Source: the human T2T-CHM13v2.0 reference genome, Homo sapiens
Strand: one strand, 5' to 3'
Length of the DNA: 64,000 nt
NCBI RefSeq assembly: GCF_009914755.1
Contig: NC_060933.1
Shown: positions 46,677 to 64,000 of the stretch, in pieces
How the letters are laid out: each line of letters starts with the position of its first letter
Position numbering within the stretch: position 1 is the stretch's first letter
Position numbers and translations under genes: made by a program
Notes under the pieces: model-generated
Databases searched by the model: none
What the model was told of the DNA's origin: nothing
What the model saw: only the letters and a program-made list of their open reading frames with translations

Positions 46677-47268
46677 TGATACAGGAGCCAGAAAGAAATT
46701 ATTTAGGCAGATAGTAAGGGTGAGAGAGTCCTCGATAAGATTTCCTTTTAATAAAAAGCAGCCCAAAAAATCATGGTGCAGGCATAGATAAGCAAGCTAA
46801 AAGCCTCCATAGGTAAATGCCAGCAGCTGTGCCAATAGAAAAGGGATACCTGGAAGGCAGGTGTATTCAACATGGAGGTTATCTTTTTCCTTTTCTTCAT
46901 CACCACATGTGCAGTAAAAAAGCAGACAACATGGCACTGGCCAGGTAGAGACCCCATCTTCATAATAAAAGATTAGGATGGGATAGCTATCTTCTTTGCA
47001 TACTATGCAAATGGTACACCTGGTCCAACCAACCTCTCAGGCCCTATGTAAATCAGACACCACCTCCTCCAGCTCCTCTATAAAATCCTGTGCATTTCAC
47101 CATGAAACTGGAAGACCCACTTGGGCACCCGGAGAGAGCTATTCTCTTTTCTCTTTCCTCTGTTAAACCTCTGCTCTTAAACTCACTTCTTATGTGTCCG
47201 CATCCCCGATTTCCCTGGCATGAGATGACGAACCTCAGGTATTTACCTCAGACAATGATGCTGCTTTA
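46677..47268 (+). mobile_element. ERV1 (MER4-group, MER61-like) solo LTR
   Basis: tgatacaggagccagaaagaaattatttaggcagatag...cagacaatgatgctgcttta; 4-bp TSD tagt at 46673-46676 and 47269-47272; subfamily uncertain. Confidence 0.8.
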
Positions 47269-47413
47269 TAGTTAGGCAGAAAAAAGTACTGTAACTACCA
47301 TTTTTAATGACATCTATGGGCCAGGCATAGTCTTTGGCACTTCACTCGTATGATGATCTTATTGACTCCTTACAACACAAATGCTATAAGGTGAGTAATC
47401 CCTTATAGCATTT

Positions 47414-47631
47414 TCTTTTTCAAATTAAGTCCAAGCACAAATCTTCCCATGAAGCCACATCTGTATGCTCTAATTTGTAGCTATTTCATGGGTAACTGGC
47501 ACCACCTCCTCCCCTCCTTACCATTTACTGTCAGGATTAAACAGGAGTGCACTGCATATACAACATACGGCTTAGATCATTTCTCCATATCTTTGAGTCT
47601 TGTCTTCTTAAAATTCAATTCTACCAGTCAT
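47414..47631 (-). repeat. Inverted repeat, right arm, inserted in a MIR (about 47290-47765)
   Basis: See the left arm; MIR sequence resumes at tataatccctcttcacaaatgagg. Confidence 0.97.
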
Positions 47632-48320
47632 ATAATCCCTCTTCACAAATGAGGAAGGGAGGCTCAGTGATGATACTCAAAATGCTGTAAGTCAAAGTGT
47701 CTGCAAATGATCAAACTGGGATTTGAATCTAGGACTCTCTGATTCATGTTTTTTCTGCTCTACCACTTGGCTGTTATGCAAAGAATTAGCCCAGCCTTTG
47801 TCTGTAATCTCTGAACCCTATTTTGGGATTAGTTTGAGCTGGGTGGAATTTACTATAATGGTGAGTCACCACAAGGCAATGCCAATGAGGTCCTAAAGGA
47901 AGCCTGCAGTTCAGGTGCACAATCTCATCCAGAGGCACAGAGATGAGGATCGGTAAAGAAAGAAACAAATTTAGGTGACTGTAAATATTAACCCTATGTA
48001 ACTATGTTTCAACCCACTAAAAAATATTCATGAGAGGTTCTACCCCATAAAAGAAAAAATACCTGAAGAATTATGAATTTCCAAATGTGGATTCAGAGGT
48101 GGCATCAACTGGAGGTAAAATATTTAGAAAAACTGAAGGTAAAGACTTTAGGTGCTTAATACATACTTCTGACATTAGATCTCTCAAGATCTGTTCAGAG
48201 TTAACAAGGTTTGCTTTAGAATTCACAAAAAAAGAAACTGCTCCGTGTACTACCCAAGTGAGGAACCAAGTTTAGATGCCATTAATTGAAATACATAGTG
48301 GCCTTCATTTTACACTGTCA

Positions 48321-52116
<3,796 letters not shown>

Positions 52117-52616
52117 TATTTCCCATTGCTGCACTTAAAAATCACCACAATTTAGCTACTTTAAACAACACTCATTTGTTATCTCAAAGTCAGAAGACCA
52201 GGTGGGCTCCCCTGGGTTTTTGGCTTAGGTCTACTCCAGGGCGAAATCAAGGTGTTAGCCAGGCTGGCCTCTTATTGAAGGCTCCGGAGGTGAGTTGTTT
52301 TCCAAGGTATTCAGGCAGCTGGCAGATTGTTTCTGGCAGTTAGAGGACTGAGGTTTCTTTTCTGGCTGTCAGCCAGGGGTCACTTTCTGGTTTTACGCTT
52401 GGCTCCCTCCTCTTCAAAGCCTGCAACTGTGCTTAGAATCCTTTTCATAAGCTGAATCTTTCTGACTTTGCTTCCACCACCAGCTGGAGATAACTCTGTG
52501 TGATTAGATTAGACCCACCTGGATCATTTCCCTTTGGCTGTAACAGTCACAGGCATGACACTTCATCATATTCAGTCCCGGGTTTTAGGGTGGGGAAGCT
52601 TAGGGGCCTACCACAG
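52117..52616 (-). mobile_element. MLT1-family LTR
   Basis: tttcccattgctgc...aaatcaccacaa...ttaaacaacac...cctaccaca. Confidence 0.7.
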
Positions 52617-53634
52617 CAATAAAACTCCTTTGGAAATCAATTTAGCAAAATCAAAAGTCTTTTAAGTGTTTGTTCTATTTGAATTCACCAGTTCCACATT
52701 AAAAAATATTATAAGCAGAACCAGAGCTTTCACACACAAAATGTTCATTTTTGTATATAAAACTACTTCATAACATGTTAAAAGTAAGTTTATAAAGACT
52801 ATACAAAATATGCTATTATAGTTACATATAATAAGCAAGATATAAAAGTTTATTATGTACACAACCATTTCCACTGTATTTTTGCAATTAAAAAAAATAA
52901 AGCCCTATGTTGATTATGCTAGCTAAACCGTAGAAAGCAAAGATAAGCAAGACATATGATCTGCCCTCAAAGAGCTTAGTAATTAGGTGGAAAAACATAT
53001 ATGTGTACAAACAGCCACAATATGAGAGAGAATGTGAGCATTGCAATAATTCAGAGGGTGGGGGGAAACAAAACACTGGAACACAAAGAAAGGGAAGGTT
53101 AGGAAAAGCTAATTTATTCATATGCAGGCTCTTTTGGAAGAAATGTTGAGAAAAGCGTTTAGGAGAATAAAAGGATCTTCAGAGCTTAGTAACTATAGAC
53201 GTCAAGTCTCTAACTTGACTTTCCTGTGGTCTATACAATGGCAAGCACTTTTCAAGTGATCTTGAAATCACAGGTCAATTTCAACTCAACATGATAAAGG
53301 ACTTTAATCCCTGAGCCAACCCAACCTCCTTGAAGTTGGCAGAGGCAAGGCAAAAGTAATAAGTAATGTCATCAATGGACCCTATTTTCTCTTCCCACCT
53401 AATTTTCCTTTTCTTGTGATAGTTTTCCGAGGAACCAATGACCCTAAGAAGTGGGAAAGTTCCACCAGCATCCAAAGACATTGGCTCAGTGCCAGCTAAA
53501 CAAACTATACCCACACTTCGATTTCAATAATTACATCCCATTCTGTTCAAACATAGACTATTCCTAAGTATAAAGCTCTTCTCTTTTTTAAATCTCAGTG
53601 GTCTTTCAGCTCAGCTTTGTTTTAAAAAAAATCA

Positions 53635-54748
<1,114 letters not shown>

Positions 54749-56800
54749 CTAGGATGGAATTTCAGTTCTGACATTTGCTGATGTGGAATCTTGGGCAAGT
54801 TACTAAACTTCTGATTCTCTGTTACATGTGGAAAACTTGCATTCCTGACCTCCCAAGGTTGCTGTGAGGAATGAGATCCCACCATCAATACTCCTGGTAT
54901 GCAGAAGGGGTTCAATAATTGTTAATTTTCCCTCACCCCTCCCATATCATTTTAGTAGCTGTGTAGCTTGTTAATAATCTTCCTTCTGTGAATCTGTTTT
55001 GACAGGATTTGTGAAGCAAGATTACATAAGAGAGAGAAAAGTAGATTTGACTTCTCTATAAACTTAATCTGGAACCAAAGACACACCCACTCAGCTCTTT
55101 TTAACAAGACCTTCCTTTTTTCCTCCAAAAAGCAATTATACTCTAATGAGTGGTTTTAAGTAACTAGATCATTAACTGGATTTTCTAACTTGATTTCTCA
55201 GCAGACAGAGAAACAAAAGGACTGCTCTTTCAGAAACCCAAAGTGATTTGCTTCTGAACCAGGAGAAAATAAAATACATTCTTGACTCAAGTCATCAAGT
55301 TTTTGTTAAAGGGCCAGAAGATCTATAAATACACTGGCCAAGTACTTGACCTCTGGTGAAATGTTTTTATCTCCCCTACAGCTTTTCCCTCTCCATAAAG
55401 CAACCATAGCTGCATCCCAGCAGGATAGTCTCTTGATAGAAATCCCATTTATACCTTGATCATCTAAAAGAATGCATGCTTCTACAATGAACCTCTCCTT
55501 TCTCTCCAAGTTGTGAAAAACTTGAATGTTCGAGTTTGGCTGCAATGCCACAGGTAATCTTAGGAGTATGCTGAGGACATTGGAAAAGGAGGGAGAACAA
55601 TGATCCAGTCTTTCTTCTAGGTCAATTTTACTTTGAATGCATGGAGAAAACCCCTTAGGATGCAGGATTTGAAGAGTGCCCTGAGAAAAGAGTTGGAAAA
55701 GTGAGCATATCTGCACCACAGAGGTGAAAAGTCATGAAGGCATCCTTCTTTGTCTCATTCTGTCCTCAAATGGCTGTGAGTTAGGGACAAAGTTGCAATA
55801 GATTGTGTTCCCGCAGGGAAATTCAGCCAGCCAGTGCCTTGCCAAAAGCAGCAGCAGCCTGGACTTTAGACTTCAGATCAGAACCGTAGTTGTGCAACTG
55901 GGGCAGGCAGAGTCAAGAGATTAGGTCAGACAACCAGGTGGAAGCAAATCAGAAACCACAGACTGGGTGTTGCCGGGTTGTCAAAAGGTTGTATTTGGTC
56001 TGGATTTGAGAGTCTAGGTCTCAGGCCAACAAGCTTATAAAGGTGGCTTAAACCCTGTTTTCAGTATTGATCTGTTGCTTTAAAAAACAAAAAGGGACAC
56101 AGAAACCAAATCAAACTGCTAATCAAGAAGTGATGAGTCAAAGGCAGAATCCTTGACAAAGGAGTTCTCAGCTGGACTCTATGATGTATATCCCTGGGCT
56201 GTGAGCAACCATGAGGGATCTTTGTGACTGATGCTCTAAGTTGCTCCAAGAACAATGTCTCTCTCTTCCTTGGCTTGTGATTGGAATTTTTATTCCGCAT
56301 GATCCCTTTGGCTAAACTCCACACTGAGTCCTTTATTGACTTTGTAACTTCCTTTGCAGCACAGCTGTGTAACATCTGGATAATTTTTTGTCCTGTTTTT
56401 CTGCTGATTTTCACTTTTAAAGAGATGTTTGCCTATCAAATCAATTTAATCTCCTATAGATGGGTTTCTGATTACCTTAAATAGACTTGTCTCCTGACAT
56501 TTGTTCGTGAGGGTTAAAGATTATGCACATGAAAGTCTGTCATAAACTATAAGTTGCTACACCAATGTAATTATTTCCTTGTTCACCTGTTATCTGTCCT
56601 AGGTAGGCATGCGCCACTTATACTGCAGAAACTGGGAGAAATCAAACAATATTCTCAGACCAACCATCTGGATTTGGCTTCTCAGAAAACGAATGAAGTC
56701 AATTGGTAGTGGCAACATAATTTGTGGTGTCCAGTGTAAAAATATTACAAATTTCAAGATGGCAGCAGCAGCACATGGGACCCATATAAGCACCAGGCCC

Positions 56801-63934
<7,134 letters not shown>

Positions 63935-64000
63935 CTACTAAGTAAAAGAATATACAATATGGAAGATGTAAAGAAAAAAGTTCATCCCATGTTTCCCAAC

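Noticed and set aside
46269-47652. Two near-identical ORFs (MKPHLYALICSYFMG...) on opposite strands
   Set aside because: A consequence of the 218-bp inverted duplication; no splice, promoter or homology evidence of coding.
55306-55719. 137-aa minus-strand non-Alu ORF
   Set aside because: Starts at a non-ATG codon, has no recognisable domain, and shows no poly(A)/TSD of a retrocopy. A BLASTP/PhyloCSF hit would reverse this.

Overview
Human (primate) genomic DNA, Alu-rich, with a consensus AluYa5 that points to Homo sapiens. The + strand carries the last eight coding exons (3648-41527, all GT-AG, phases consistent, about 592 codons) of the long membrane-anchored isoform of proprotein convertase PCSK5 (PC5/6B). 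These encode Cys-rich furin-like repeats, a transmembrane helix and an acidic, Tyr-rich cytosolic tail ending ...DDESYSYYQ*. A 3' UTR of up to about 4 kb and about 18 kb of intergenic DNA follow. The rest is interspersed repeats: roughly 60 Alus, L1/L2/MIR, MaLR and ERV solo LTRs, and hAT MITEs. I found no new gene or multi-gene system. The most unusual signals are local rearrangement scars readable from the sequence: (1) a 218-bp, 98.6% identical inverted duplication inserted into a MIR, with a fold-back hairpin at the junction; (2) a scrambled templated insertion copied from a THE1 LTR end 2 kb away; (3) an Alu/FLAM micro-inversion shown by swapped TSDs; (4) a sense HERV-E (LTR2) solo LTR placed to supply the distal PCSK5 poly(A) site. 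Repeat subfamily names are from recognition of consensus sequences, not from a search.
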